Below, in pieces: positions 1-13,315 of a stretch of 64,000 nucleotides of DNA. The translations under genes and the position numbers were made by a program. How positions within the stretch are numbered: the first letter of the stretch is position 1; each line of letters begins with the position of its first letter. The stretch comes from Microbotryum violaceum. Taxonomy: Eukaryota. Below the pieces are notes generated by a model. That model saw only the letters and a program-made list of their open reading frames with translations, was not told where the DNA came from and made no database searches. The DNA is taken from contig CDLV01000006.1 of assembly GCA_001244265.2 (NCBI GenBank), positions 1,798,001 to 1,862,000 of the forward strand. Reading direction: 5' to 3'.

Positions 1-1407
1 GGCACTTGTCAAGGCTTTGGTTCTGTCGCCTAGGAACTCACCCTTCGCGTATTGACTGCATCTAGGCTTGTCCATCCACGACGGACTTCAAGTCGGCGTT
101 CCCCGTGAGATACTCTGATGTGGGTCGCATCGGCACGCGTCCCACCCCTTCATTTGCAGACACTGAGCTACCTCATCTCACTCACTAACTAACTTGTCTC
201 TCCTTCCCGTGGGCTCCATGCCTGGCGACAGCATTCTCAACCTCGCGCGCACGCACCTTCCGCTGACTCCCACTGCACCCCCTCCCCGACTAGATCCCAA
301 AGGCCACTTCTCCGAGGAATACGATGATCGAACCGGTGGACAAGGTTCGAGCAAGATGCATATGAAAGTTGACGGTGCTTTTGCTAGGAAGAATGGTGCG
401 GTTCGAGTGGCGAGGCGGGGGAGATATCTTCAGGGTTGAGGAAGTTGCGTTCGTGCGGGTCAGGGGAACTTTTGGTTGGATCGGGGGGGATGCTGATGAT
501 GAGCGTTTCGCTGGTTGTATTAAAGAACTGAGATTTTCTCTACGAACACTTCCGGAAAAGTGCAGCCAGCCCCTCGCGCAGACGAGCTTGATGATGAGCG
601 AGTTGAGTGCGGTTATCTTTCCACCTCATATCCGCAAAACTGACACAGTTGCTCAACTCAATTGCAACAGCCCTACCCTTCTCAAATCGTCTTCCCGACC
701 AAGAGCTCGCAAGGCAGCGCTTCAAAACCGAAGGCGTCAAGTCTTTCCGTCTTTGCCTACGGCCGGAGGAAGGGGTCCCAACACCAGCTAGGTCAGTCCT
801 ACGAACAAGGGATGGGGTGTGGCAGACGCCACACTGCGCATGTCTGTCTGCTCTGTGTTGTACAATGGATATTCTGGCCAGCAGATATTGTTATAGGAAA
901 TGCATCTATGCAATCGTCAGATGCGAGGGTAATACAAGGTGGAGGAACAACTCTTTGACAATCACACGGACGACACTCAAGATGAATTGGAAGGCATGGG
1001 AGACGGCCGACGCGATTTGAGAACTAAAACGTCCTCTGCCGCAGCCCTACATGCGAGCCTCACTGTCTTCTCATAGGGTAAATCATTTTGAAGCCCATTT
1101 GGCTGTCGAGGAAGATGTTGCTTATTCTCTCAACAAGCCTTGTGCCCTCTTGCACGCCTGGTTCTTCGATACTAATTTCACTCAGTCGGCAACAGATGGG
1201 CCACTGCAACTGCCAGATGTCCTCCTCGACGTCTGGCACAAGGCGCCCGCAATGCCAGTGATTCGGGGCTCTTGGCGAAAGTTTTGAAGTTACCGGGGTT
1301 TTCGCCTCATAACTATCGTATTGACCTCGCCGCCAAGTAATGTTGGAAATCGCTCTTCTACCCGAGGTATCTCGGCGGGCTTGGTCTAAGACCTTTTCGG
1401 AGCGGAC

Positions 1408-1462
1408 GGGGTGGGAAGGGTGGGGGGTGGGGAGGGGGGGACGCACCTCTGGCTATATATAA
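1408..1462 (-). promoter_or_regulatory. TATA box plus G-run/C-rich tract; probable leftward promoter with G-quadruplex potential
   Basis: TATATATAA at 1454-1462 sits next to GGGGTGGGAAGGGTGGGGGGTGGGGAGGGGGGG (1408-1440). On the minus strand this reads as TATA followed by a pyrimidine-rich leader. Confidence 0.4.
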
Positions 1463-1922
1463 GCATGCTAAAAAGTGGCGCGCGCCGCGCGCCTCCGACC
1501 CTCGCTTCCGCGCGACGTAGCCATACATGTTGCCCCCCCCTGCAACCCGGGTTGCTGGATGGCCCGAGGACTAGCGCAACACGGAGGCTGGTGTGGCCTT
1601 CAACACGTTCATCTCAGGTACGTGCGAGCTCGTATCGGGGTAATCCAACCTTATAAATGCTGCCATTGCGTATAGTGTCCCTCACTTTTGCATGAATGCG
1701 CCTACTTGCCAAGTTACAGAGAACCACCCCAAAATGGCCCTGAAATTTCGGAGGGCAACTGGGCCAAGCGCGCTGATAACTCGTAAGCCCCTCCCAGAGG
1801 GAGGGCTTAGTTGAGCTTACTCAGTACTCGTACTCAGTGCCGCGCTCCGCGTCAGACCGCGTCCACTCGAAGCACCGTCCTGGTTCTCTACTCTCCGCCT
1901 CAAAAGCTCCTTTACATCCGCC

Positions 1923-4030
1923 ATGGCACCTTCCAAAGGAGAACTCAAGGCGCTCATTCTGGTCGGGTAAGTGCAGTTGCCTCCTCCGTTTGTGGGATCC
2001 CACGTCGCTCGCCGTCATTCGGCGTAGTCGTGGTCGCGTTCAGTTCCGCCATCGTTGGCAGTCGACCCAAGCTCGCTGGCTTGATTCGTGGCTTGGCGAA
2101 GGATCCAGCTCGACCGTACTCACTACACCATTCGTCGGGACTTAAAAATCTGCTTTCAAAGTGCTCCTCGCGTCGCTTCGTCTCTTCGATTCCGATTGAT
2201 CGGCTACCATCTGGTCTCGCATCGACCATGCGAGGCACCCCGCTGTCTCGTCTCGGTGAATGCTGCTCCTTCGCAGACCCAGACTGACCTCTGCAACCCT
2301 CTACGTTTTCATTCCACAGTGGCTTCGGCACACGACTGCGTCCCTTGACGCTCACCTTGCCCAAGCCGCTCGTGCCTTTTGCCAACCAAGCCATGATGTG
2401 AGCTACCGCCTTGGCCTTGATTATTTACCCCGTCATGTCCCTTCACTTTGGCTGATCATACCTCTTCTCGTCCAACCAGCATCCACCACATCTCGGCACT
2501 TGCAGCGGCTGGCGTCAAGCATATCGTTCTGGCCGTCAACTAGTACGTTTCGGCGCCGCCCTTGCACGCGCCGGGACAAGCGCACGTTCGACCCCCTCAA
2601 GTCGCGCAACACATTATGCTCGCGTTCAACCGATCTGCATCTGCCAAAGAGACGAAGTAAGTTAACTCGTGCTGAGAATTGTTTGTCTTTGTGCGCAGCC
2701 GACCCGAAGTCATGTCGGCTTTCTTGGCCAAGGTCGAAAAGGACTTTGACGTTAAGGTGCGCGCGTAATCGAGAATTTCAACTCTGAATACGCCCCTTTC
2801 GCCGAGGAAGGAGAGCTAACCACAAAGTTGCGTGCCGCTGCAACAGATCACCTTTTCGATTGAGAACGAGCCTCTCGGAACAGGTAACATCACCTGTGCT
2901 CTCACTTGGTGAAGACCTCGATCCTGACGAACCCCTTGCCTCCATCTTCTCAAACACAGGGGGACCGCTTGCTTTGGCCCGAGACGTGCTTGCCAAGGAC
3001 GACGCACCCTTCTTCGTGCTCAACAGCGACGTGACGTGCCAATTTGCTTTCCAGAGCCTGCTCGACTTCCACCTCAACCACGGCGGCGAAGGCACGATCC
3101 TCGTCACAAAGGTCGAAGAACCGTCCAAGTACGGTGTCGTATTGACCCACCCTGGAGAATCGACGATTGAGCGCTTCGTCGAGAAGCCCAAGGAGTTCGT
3201 CGGGAACCGTATCAACGCCGGTATTTACATCTTCAACCCCGCCATCCTCGAGAGGATTGAGGTCAAGCCGACTTCGATCGAGAGTGAAATCTTCCCCGCC
3301 ATGGCCGCCGATCGTGAGCTGCATTGCATGGACCTTGAGGGGTTCTGGATGGATATTGGACAGCCCAAAGGTACGATCCCATCGAGACAGTCGTATTTCC
3401 TCGTCCGCTGGTCCTGATCGGCTCTCTTTTGACCTGACCATCGCAGACTTCCTCTCGGGCACATGTCTTTACCTGACGCACCTGAGCCGAACAAACTCGC
3501 CGCAATTGACCTACCCGTCGCAACAACCCTACATCGTGTCTGGTAACGTCCTCATCGACCCATCAGCCACGATCAACCCGACCGCTTCGATCGGCCCCAA
3601 CGTCGTCATCGGTCCCGGTGTCGTCGTCGGCAAAGGTGTTCGTCTTCAACGCTGCGTCATCATGGAAAACACGAGGTCCGTCCATTGCACTAGTGCGCAA
3701 AGCGAAGAGTGGAGAACTGACTCTTTTCGTATCATCGGCCTTTGGCCGGGATAGGATCAAGGACCACGCTTGGATCCAATCCAGTATCGTTGGGTGGAAC
3801 TCCACAATCGGACGATGGGCGCGTCTTGAGAACACGACCGTTTTGGGTGACGATGTCCAAGTCGGTGAGGAGGTTTACATCAATGGCGCGAGCGTCTTGC
3901 CCCACAAGAGCATCAAGTGAGTCACACCTTCCTGTGGGCCTGGCTGGACATTGTCGTCCTTTGCTTTTGCTGATGAGATGCTTCTGAGTGCATTAGGGCC
4001 AACATTGTCGAGCCTTCGATTGTCATGTGA
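1923..4030 (+). CDS. MPG1: Mannose-1-phosphate guanylyltransferase (GDP-mannose pyrophosphorylase), multi-exon
   Basis: Spliced translation [38 protein letters not shown]..., [46 protein letters not shown], a beta-helix C-terminus ([23 protein letters not shown]) and the end [14 protein letters not shown] introns keep frame. Confidence 0.95.
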
Positions 4031-4268
4031 ACACCATAGAGTGCAACATCCGACGACGCACGGAATGTGCAGCCCGGGGAAGCTTCTTGAATGCCACCCG
4101 CACTGGTGTGTGCGATGTAATCTACCTCGACCAAACAAAACTATTCAAACTATTCAAAGCCAAGCCGATGAGTTTCTTGAGGAATTGCAACACCATAGAA
4201 AACAAGTCATCGCATCCTCCCATCTTCCTTACATCCTAAACAATATGCACAAAGCCCCTTTTCGTTCC

Positions 4269-6142
4269 TCAAAGCTTGGACTTGATCAAGTAACCCTGGT
4301 TCTTCTGAATCGTCTCGACCGCCTCCTTGATCATCTCCTCCATGATACTCTTTGCCGGTCTAACGTCCTTGATCACGGCGGCAACAGCGCCCATCAAATG
4401 AGGCCTGTTCTCGACGTCCTCCATTCCGACAGGGATCTTGCCAGCGGCGAGAAGTTTCTTTTGCTCTTCGGCCTTCTCGGTTTCCCATCTCATGACGAAC
4501 GGAGTCTTACGAATGCGCAAAGGGCGACCGGTGTAGATGAGCGAACGGATCGTGTCGTTGTGGTCGGCGGTAAGGACCGCTTGTTGGTGTGCTTTCGAGG
4601 CACCGGCCTGTACCGAGGAAGGGGCGGGGGGGAGAAAAGAACGGACTTTGGGGTTATTCTATTTGACTCTTTTGACAAGCTCGAAAGACGAGTCAATTGT
4701 CTCTGGACGCGTACCTCCTCAGCGCAGACGAAGCGAGTCCCAACCCAAACCCCGACAGCGCCGAAGGAAAGCGCGGCGGCGAGCGATCGACCGTTGTAGA
4801 TACCACCGGCGGCGACGACGGGGACTTGCTTGCCCGTCAGAGGTGACTTGCGCCCCTTGACGATGTCGACGCAGGCGGGCTGAAGCAAGGGAGGGGTTAG
4901 AATCAGTGACCGTTCTCGAGTCGAGCTAGGCAGAGCCTGTTTGTAAACTTACGATGAGGATCGAGGTCGGGACATCGCCGGTGTGTCCACCACCCTCACC
5001 ACCCTGGGCGATGATGACGTCGGCGCCGGTTTCGAGCGCCTTGAGGCAATGCTTAGGGGCTCCGACCTGAGTTCCGAAATGAAAACACTCCAAAATCAGC
5101 GCGCGTCACAGCCTTCTCAAATTTTAGAAACAGTGTACATACCATGTTGGCGCACACGATACCGGCTTTGTGCAACTTGTCGACGACGTCCTTGGGGGGA
5201 ACACCGACGGCGCAGACGAATAGGGCGGCCTTCTCCTCGATGATGATGTCGACCAACTCATGCAACTTGCCACCGGTGTAATCCTTGTTGGTCTTGCGGG
5301 CACTACCACCGACCTGAGACACAGAAGAGCGAGTTTCAAAAGGTCAGCAGTGAAACTTTATGCAGCTCCTGAGCGCGACTTCGGCTTCGGCTGAAGTTAC
5401 TTGAGGCAATAAAAGATCGATACCGAACGGCGCGCTCTTGTCGTTGAGGTACTCCTTCAACTCGTGGATCTGATCACGCAAGAACTTGGGCGTGTAACCG
5501 ACACCACCGATGACACTGCACGATCGAAAGCGAGGGGAAATGGGTGGGATGGGGTGGGGAGGAAGAGGTTTCAGGTGTAAGAAGGAGAAGGGGTTAGGGA
5601 GGAGATCGTCGGAGACTCGGAGGGATGTCGGGTGTGAGGTCTACCCACCCGATTCCACCGGCGTTGGTCACGGCAGCGGCGAGTTCAGGACCGGCAGCGA
5701 CGTTCCTGTGTTCATCATCATCAAAGCGAGCGCATGCGCCTCATCAGTGTGACGTTTCTTGGTGCTGAAAGCAGCTCAGTTCCGGGGGCCGAGCGTCGCC
5801 GCGATCAAAATCCCTGAGACTCCCAAGTTCGTTTTGATGTTACTCACATGCCAGCAAGCATGATGGGGTGCCTATGAACACGAAGATAGCCATAGTTAGT
5901 ACGGGTGATCAACCCAAGACTATCTCGGCTTTGATCTTGAAGGCCGAGCGTTGGCCACTTTCGACCTCCTTTGAGATGCGGGGGAAACGCCCCCACCGGC
6001 ATTTGTACGGCCCGGCGGGAAGAACGATCGCGGTGTCCACGGCTTCCCCGGCGACGACGTGCAGCAAAGCGTCTGCACTCGTAGAAAGAACTACCACTCA
6101 CTTGATTTTGAACAGGTCGGTGAGGGGAGTTTGGAGGGACAT
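4269..6142 (-). CDS. Nitronate monooxygenase / 2-nitropropane dioxygenase family flavoprotein with C-terminal PTS1 (SKL)
   Basis: Exons give MSLQTPLTDLFKIK|HPIMLAGM|NVAAGPELAAAVTNAGG..., LFVCAVGVP, QGGEGGGHTG, PVVAAGGIYNGRSLAAALSFGAVGVWVGTRFV, ending YLIKSKL*. Confidence 0.9.
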
Positions 6143-6862
6143 GACGGGATGCGAGTATTTAAGGTGGGGAAGTTGAGGGGTGTCGGTGATGGGTTTCCGT
6201 TGAAGAAAGGTAGGTCGATCGGTCGAGAGAAGCGAGAGGCGCTCACAGGCGCGCGTCAATCTGCACCAATTTGGCAAAACGTACGCGCCCGCCGCGCCAA
6301 AAGAAGGAACGTCGCCGTCCGTTGGGTAAGGTATGCGCCTCTGATGTGCATAAAATACAATCTGTCGTTCTTGACCACTAGACTAAAAGCAAGTCGTAAC
6401 TAGAACGCGGCAGTTTTAGCTACTCAGAGGCTACCTATAGGGCTGTTCTTAAGGCATCCCCTTACAGGTTGGGTCTTTCGGCGATGCGAGGCGCTGCTGA
6501 GTCACTCTTCTTCAAAGGGTTCGGCAAACAGGCGAATGCCCCGAGTATCCGCTACAGAAAAGAAGAAGACAGAAAATTTGAAATGTACACATTTAAACAG
6601 GGAACACAGAGCAGTAAGGAGAAGACGAGAAGAAGCCGTCGTTCCCGACAAACGGACTGCATCTCGGAAACCACACAAAAAATATATAATAGTGAGCACA
6701 CACAGGTTCAAAAACAAGTGAAGCTACATGCCCAAAAAAGAAAGAAGTGACGAGAATCTATTCTACTTTTGCTCTGTTTCCGTAACGCATTCCACTGGGC
6801 GTACATCATCATCATCATCCCGGGCATTGTGCATACATCGAGCCATCGTCCGGCCCTAATCC

Positions 6863-8725
6863 TCACCGCGTCCCATTCAAAGCCTTCCCCTTGTGCGGAT
6901 ACGCCGTCCCCTGCCCATCATCCGCATCGTCCTCCTCAAACTCCTCCTCGAACTCCTCCATCGGCAAATGTAGATCATTCGCATGGTTCATCGGCTCGAC
7001 CCCACCGACGACGACTCCACCACCACGGAAGAAGTTCGTGCTCTTCCTTGCGTCGGGGTTGCCGTCGACCTCACTGTTCATCGAGTAACGGTTCGAGGCG
7101 AGCGAGGTGCGGCCGAGGATGCCGTTGTCGAGCATCGAGTGCGAGTGGCGATTCAAGCGCGTCAAGCCCCCCGACGAGTTTTCATTCTCGGATCGCGACA
7201 GGTTCTGCGAGTGGAGAGTCTCAATGGGTTAGCCGTCGACGTTTTGTGTTGGGCAGATGGAGCGATCCGGGAACTCACGAGAAGATAGACGCCCAGAGAA
7301 ATGACATAGAGACCACAGAGAAGGGAGAGCGTGTCCTTTCCTCCCGAGGTGTTGAGTCCATGAAAGAGGATGATGGAAGCGATCAAGGTCGAGGTCGAGA
7401 AACCAACAAAGTAACTCGGGTTCACGACCGTCGTTGGGAAGAGATCCAACGCCTGGATGCAGAGTCGAGCGCTTAAGAAAGTTAGCGGAGAGCACCTTGC
7501 CACTCTTCTACAAATCGGTCAACCCCCACCTTATTGAAGTAGTTCATCTGAACGGCGATGCAGCCGACGACGGTGATAGCAAAGACCCATGTCCCCGGTC
7601 GCCACAATTGGTTGTTGCCCGCGATGGTCAACTTGAGCGCAACGCCGAAACCCTTGACGGCCATGACGCTGACGGATCCGACGAGCGAGCAGATGGAGAT
7701 GTACACGAGCGGGTTGCTGGACCCGGACACGGGCGCGACGCGGTAGATCATATAGACGGAGAAGACGATCACGAAGAAGCAGTAGAAGAGGAAGCCTGTG
7801 ATCCTCCTCGCGACAAGACGTCAGTGATTCGACTGTTTGTCTGACTGACATGTTGAGCAACTCACCTGGTTGAAGTGCATAAGCAAGCACCTCGTCAACG
7901 GTCTCGATCGCCTTGTCCTCGGGCGCATGGAGCACGATGATGAGACTGCCGACGAGACAGAGCGAGCAGCCCGAAATGCCTATCCGACCGAGTTGTTCTC
8001 CGAGGAAGAAGGATGCAAGGACGGCCCTGAGGGAAGAGCATTTAGCGCGTCAGTTCAGTACTCCGAGGTTTAGTCCGCAAAGTGAGCGGCGGTCGGCCTA
8101 CCCAACGAGCACGGAGCCGGCTCCGAGAGGCGTGACCAAGATGGGAGGCGCAAAGCAGTACGCCGCAAAGTTGGCTACTTCTCCTGCGACCACTGTGGAG
8201 GGACAAGTCGAGGAGGTGTCAATATTGTCGTCTAGTACAGCGTCAGGCAGCTCGTGGCCCTGGTGGAGGAGGGAGGAAGAAAATTCGGCGAGTGGACTGA
8301 AACTGACTGGTGATCATTCCGGCCCACCAGAGGCCATTTTTGAGATACGAGTAGGTCGCCGAGCTCGAAAGTCCATCGTGCCGATCTGCGGCGCTGATGA
8401 GGCCCTGTGGGTTGGGGGGGAGGCAGATGTCCGAGAAGCGACGCGTCAGTGAGGGTGGTGGTCGCCGAGTTGCGCAGTCCGAAGTCGAGCGGCGACCGGA
8501 AACGTGTGGGTCGTGTACCTTTTTGGTGATGATGCTGAGAAAGATCATCGGGAGGAGCGGAAACGCCGGTGTGAGTCGAGGGAGTTTGATGGATGAGAAT
8601 GGGCCTGCGGTACGCTGTACTGACAAGGATGTGCCAATCGCGATCGAACTCGAGATGGCCAGCGCGAGGCCAATGTACTTGTCGCGCGTGCCGTCCGGCG
8701 TCTGAACGAGCGATGCATCGTCCAT
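6863..8725 (-). CDS. NIPA-family (DUF803) magnesium transporter
   Basis: [85 protein letters not shown]; multiple TM segments across exons. Confidence 0.92.
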
Positions 8726-9348
8726 AGCTGAGGGATGAGTGAACCTCGGAGGAGATGCAGCCGTCGAGGGTGTGGAACGTTCACGGCGAGGTGGCTGCGG
8801 TCGCAGCTGCACCGCGTTGAGACAGGTGGCGATGCTCAGCAGCGCACGCGGTCGAGAGCGCGCCCGCAAAGTCACGTCCGTAAGGGCGAGCGCTGTGTCT
8901 CGAGGACCGTGGCCGGAGTGGTGGGAAGAGCCAACTCGGAGGGAAGCTCAGCTCGATGCTCTGGGAGGAGGACGCGGGGAGACACACGCGAATGGAGCTG
9001 TGATGAGAGCAAGCGATCGGGGAGACGTCAACGTGCCGAGACCAACACGAGGCACGACTCACCGCCGCGCTGTGTGGGGCGGGGCCTGGCGGGGCATTCG
9101 GTATTGTCGGCGCAGGGGCGTATGGGCGTATAAGGGCGCGTATTAGCGTAAGCGCGCGTAAGGCACTCGTAAGGCCTGGGATCGGCTGTTAACCGCCGAA
9201 CGTAGTCGGCTCTTAATAAGGTTCTAGAGAGGCGCCGCTCGATCTCTCTGCTCTGTTCTATCCAAACTCCTACTTCTCCTCCCCACGCCTACCCACCATT
9301 CACTCCTCCTTGCGACGGTCCTTCTCGTCGACCTCGCTCAGATCCAAG

Positions 9349-11306
9349 ATGGCCGCCTTCAACACCTACTTGTCAGTTGCCCACTTCCCTCCCTCACCTC
9401 GGGCGGGTACTCGTCCGGACCGAGTTCCCGACGTCATCCCACTGCCCGCGACGATGGCCCCCACCCACCCCGCTGCCTCAAGAGACGAGCTGCGCAAGCC
9501 ATCATCTCCGTTTCTCCGTAGGACTGACCCATTCCTACTCCTCATCCTCTAGTTCAGGCAACCCTTTGAACCGCTTATCGTACCTGCGGAACTCACCGGC
9601 GTTCCTCGCCTCCGCGCTCTCCTCCCCCAAGGCCCGATTCCTCCTCTACGACCAATTATCGCCCCTCCTTACCTCGATCCAACGGACCGAACGTCACCTC
9701 CACCTTCTCTCATGGTATGACGTCAAGGCCCATATTGGTGAACCTCAAGACATCTTCAAGGGTGTCGATGGCCAGGACCAGGAGGCGTTGAGGCGTATCG
9801 TACGAAAAGATGGCAAGGTCGAGGCTGCCGCTCAGGATGATGTTCAATACTACATCTCTCAGGTACTTTTCGTTTTCCGGAAAGTAATCCATCCCCGTAC
9901 AATGCGTAAAGCTGACCTCCTCTACGACCGTTCTCTCCCTTCCAGCCCGCCCTCGTCTTTTTAGGAGTCGACGAACGCGACGCCCCGGCCTCCGCCAAAT
10001 CCCTCCCCCTCTCCAAACCCACCGCAGAATCGACCCTCGAATCCCACAGCCCCCACGGAATTCCTTACTGGAGTCTCGACGTATCCAACAACGCCGAGTT
10101 GAAAGAATTCGCTCTGGCTCAAGCCAAAGGGCTCGAGTTTAGCGACTTGAGGTCGGGGATGGCGTCGATCCCGGCTCCGGAGGCTTCGATTGCGGCGCAG
10201 GGGAGGGCCATGACGGATTGGAATACGCGGAATGTGTACTGTGAGGTGGTGACCAACACTGTACGGGCTTCGATGAACCAGACTGACTGAGTTTCCCCAC
10301 TCGAATGCCCATCGCCTCATAGGCCCCTCATGCTCCCGACCGGTCAAGAGCGTCTGGGCCGGCTGGAAACGAACCTGTATCCCCTCCTCCTCCTCACCCT
10401 CGACCTGCGCATCCAAAAAGGGCGTTCACAACTTCTGCTACCCCCGTACGGATCCCGTCGTGATCATGGGAGTGGTTAGTCCCGATGGGGAGAGCATCCT
10501 TCTGGGCCGACAAAAGAGTTGGCCGAGAGGGTTTTACTCGGCTTTGGCAGGCTTCAGTACGCCATCTTCTCCCCGTCTTCCTCCTTGGAGAAATCCAATC
10601 GCAAATTCCCTGATTTCTTCACTTTAACCTTTTTCTTCAAAAAAATACCCCGCACAGTTGAATCGGGGGAAACGTTCGAAGAAGCCGTTGCGCGCGAAGT
10701 TTACGAAGAAGCCGGGATCGAAGTCGAGCACGTCAAGTTTGTCGCGAATCAAGTTTGGCCCTTCCCTTCGAGTTTGATGATGGGTGGGATCGCCAAGGCC
10801 AAGAAGGGGTATGAGATTAGGTTGGATTTGGATAACGAGTTGGAAGGTACGCTTTGGGAAGGGTGATGGGTTTCAAGGAAGCGCCGTGCGAGAGAGAAAA
10901 CTCTTACTCACTTCACTTATTCACCTTTAGACGCGAGGTTCTTCACTCGCGCCCAAGTCCTGCACGTCATCGAAGCGAGTGGACCTTCGCATTTCACCAA
11001 AGAGGAAATCAAACAGATCGATCAACAGGTCCAGCAACGCGCGCCGAGGTCGAGGAGTCCGAGTCCTGGAAGAGCGGGAAGACCGGCTTTCAGGATGCCG
11101 CCTAGGTGAGTGTAGGGAAGCGAGCGGCGAAGTTGGCGGTTGCGGCGTTTCTTTCCGGAGTTGATAGGAGCGGGTATATCATCTTCTGCAGTACCGCGAT
11201 CGCGAACACGCTCATCACCGCTTGGGCGACCAACACCTGGTCCGATGCGCAGCCCCAAGTTCAAGGGACCGAACAGACAGGGAACGCTGGAGCGGGCAAG
11301 CTCTGA
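9349..11306 (+). CDS. NPY1: NADH pyrophosphatase (NudC/Npy1-type Nudix hydrolase)
   Basis: SGNPLNRLSYLR, zinc-ribbon CPSC...RTC...C, YPRTDPVVIM, Nudix box GFIESGETFEEAVAREVYEEAGI, NQVWPFPSSLM (SQPWPFP-like), TAIANTLITAW; ends AGKL*. Confidence 0.92.
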
Positions 11307-11649
11307 TCGATGCAAGGCTCACGCGCTCACGGATCAAAAGATACTTTCCTTGGGAGGTTGTACGAAAATGGACGAGATTGGAATTGTCATACAAAAGGGA
11401 CATGAACGAGGGTGGAGTGAGGGGTGGTTATGCAATGTACTATGCGAGCGAAAGGAAGAAAAGAGGAAAAGTGTCTCAAAAAGACGCGTAAGGAAATTGT
11501 GGATGCGAGCAAAAGGATAGGTGGCCGTAGCTTATGGGGTAGGAGAGTAAACAAAGGTGGACTAATGGATGCATGGAAAAGGGAGGTATACAACACGTGA
11601 AAAACAAAGACGAAAGGAGGTAGTCGGGGTGAGGCAAGAGGTAGAAAGA

Positions 11650-13315
11650 CTAAAAGGATGCTCTTTCGCCCATTCGTTCATTCGTCCGGGGCAATGGTGA
11701 AGGGTTGTGAGAGTCCGAAAGGAGCCTCGCGCGGAACTGATTCACATTCGCCCCTTCGACGGGCCAATCGAACGCCATCGTAGAAGACGACGAAGCGGAA
11801 GAGACGGCATCGGGCGAACGTTCAGGGGCCAGGGCCGTGTCGATGGCGAAGGGGATCGAAGCGGCCGAGGCGATGTGCGATGCGAGCGAAGGGACGACGG
11901 GCCTTGAACTGCGGCTTGCCTTGTGCGCTCGGGTCGGGGACGTTCGATTCCTCGACGAGGTGCGCGAGCTAGGAGGCGACGACTCTGGTGTGCGATGCGC
12001 CGAAACAGTTGAGTGGGCAGAGTCCGAGATTGCCGAGGCTGAGGTGATGTGTTGCAGCTGCACAGACGAGGAATACCTCGGAAGCGGCTCGGCCACCGCG
12101 GTGGTGTTTCGATCGAGGTAGACGGGAACAAAGACGAGTCGATGTCGCGACGATGGCGACGACGAACTTGCAATTCCTGAGCCTTGTTGAGCGAACATTA
12201 CCGGAAGCGTGTTGGCGCGGGTCGGCCTCGTTGACGTCGACGGAAAGGAGGACCGGCGTCGTTCACGGTGTGCGGCGTATCGGCCTTCTGTCGTTGGGGA
12301 CCTCTTTCTTCGTCCACTCTCCTCGTCAGATTGGCCTCCTCGCAAGCCCTTGAAGGCAGATGACGATGTGATGGATTCCGCGTCGTACCAGCCTTGCTCC
12401 TTTCGGGTGCCGAGGGGTTCCCCATTCTCGATTTCCTGGAGCCAAAGCTTCTGCTTGACGAGCGTCGAATGGTAGTCCCACGTTACGATCGTCCCAAGCG
12501 TCCTCAAAGCCACGGCGATGATGGCTCCGAGAATAAGCGCCACCATCCCTCCTCGCCAGTGTTCCTCGCACGCCTCGATGCCAAAGTTGAGGAGCTCGAT
12601 GCCAAACCCTTCGGGGCCTACTTGGGATTCGGATTCCCACATCTTGAGCGTCGAGACGGAGGCGAACTCGCCCGAGGTCAGGGCGCTGCAGAGGAACGAC
12701 GAAAAAGGTTCGGCCAAGGTCGGGGAGAAGGTGACGAGCAGGAATACGAGCAGGAGCACGATCGTGCACACGAGGTCGAACGAGGTTCCGACGGCAAAAA
12801 TTCTGAGCAAAGGGGCTCGTCTCTGTTCAAGCCGAACGCACGAAGGGGTGCTTCGTCAGCACAGACATTTCTCTACGGAAAAAAATGGAGCAACATCGAT
12901 GACGTTCACCCACCGTCAGAGTCCCCGCTACGCCAATGGCCGAAGTCATGGCCGAGATGATCGTCCAGCGCCACGTGAGGTGCGCGAGCGTGTACCGGAT
13001 CGTGCCCGTCTGGGAGTAGTTCATCGAATGGCGATCCATCATCGCAAGCGCACAGTAAGCGCCCATCGCCAAACCACTCGACAGGAGGAGCGATGACCCT
13101 GAGATGAGCAGAGTGGAGGCTCGTTGGGATTTGCTGCTTGTGCGACGATAGGTGCTAGTGCTTGTGGCATGACTCGACGAGTTGCTGGCGCTGCTGGCGC
13201 TGCTGCTTATTGCTGCTGCCGCCGGGCTTGGCCTGGTTGACGTTGAGCTCGAGCAAGTTGTCAATGCTGGAGGCGAGGCTCTGGAACGTGGTTCGGCGAT
13301 GCAAGCCATGGACAT
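11650..13315 (-). CDS. Hypothetical membrane protein with four TM helices and a long Ser/Arg/Pro-rich C-tail
   Basis: ORFs 12827..13351 and 11650..12810 join in frame through a GT-AG intron (~12912-12822). Four hydrophobic stretches, with two Cys in the loop between TM3 and TM4. Confidence 0.65.

Noticed and set aside
1967-2319. Long MPG1 intron 1 with several small hairpins, as a possible riboswitch or snoRNA host
   Set aside because: I recognised no TPP aptamer core or convincing C/D or H/ACA boxes; short stems are expected at this GC content.
4880-4896. CTGAAGCAAGGGAGGGG resembling the end of the dispersed repeat
   Set aside because: It is the reverse complement of an ordinary polypyrimidine-CAG acceptor in the nitronate monooxygenase gene, and the similarity does not extend.
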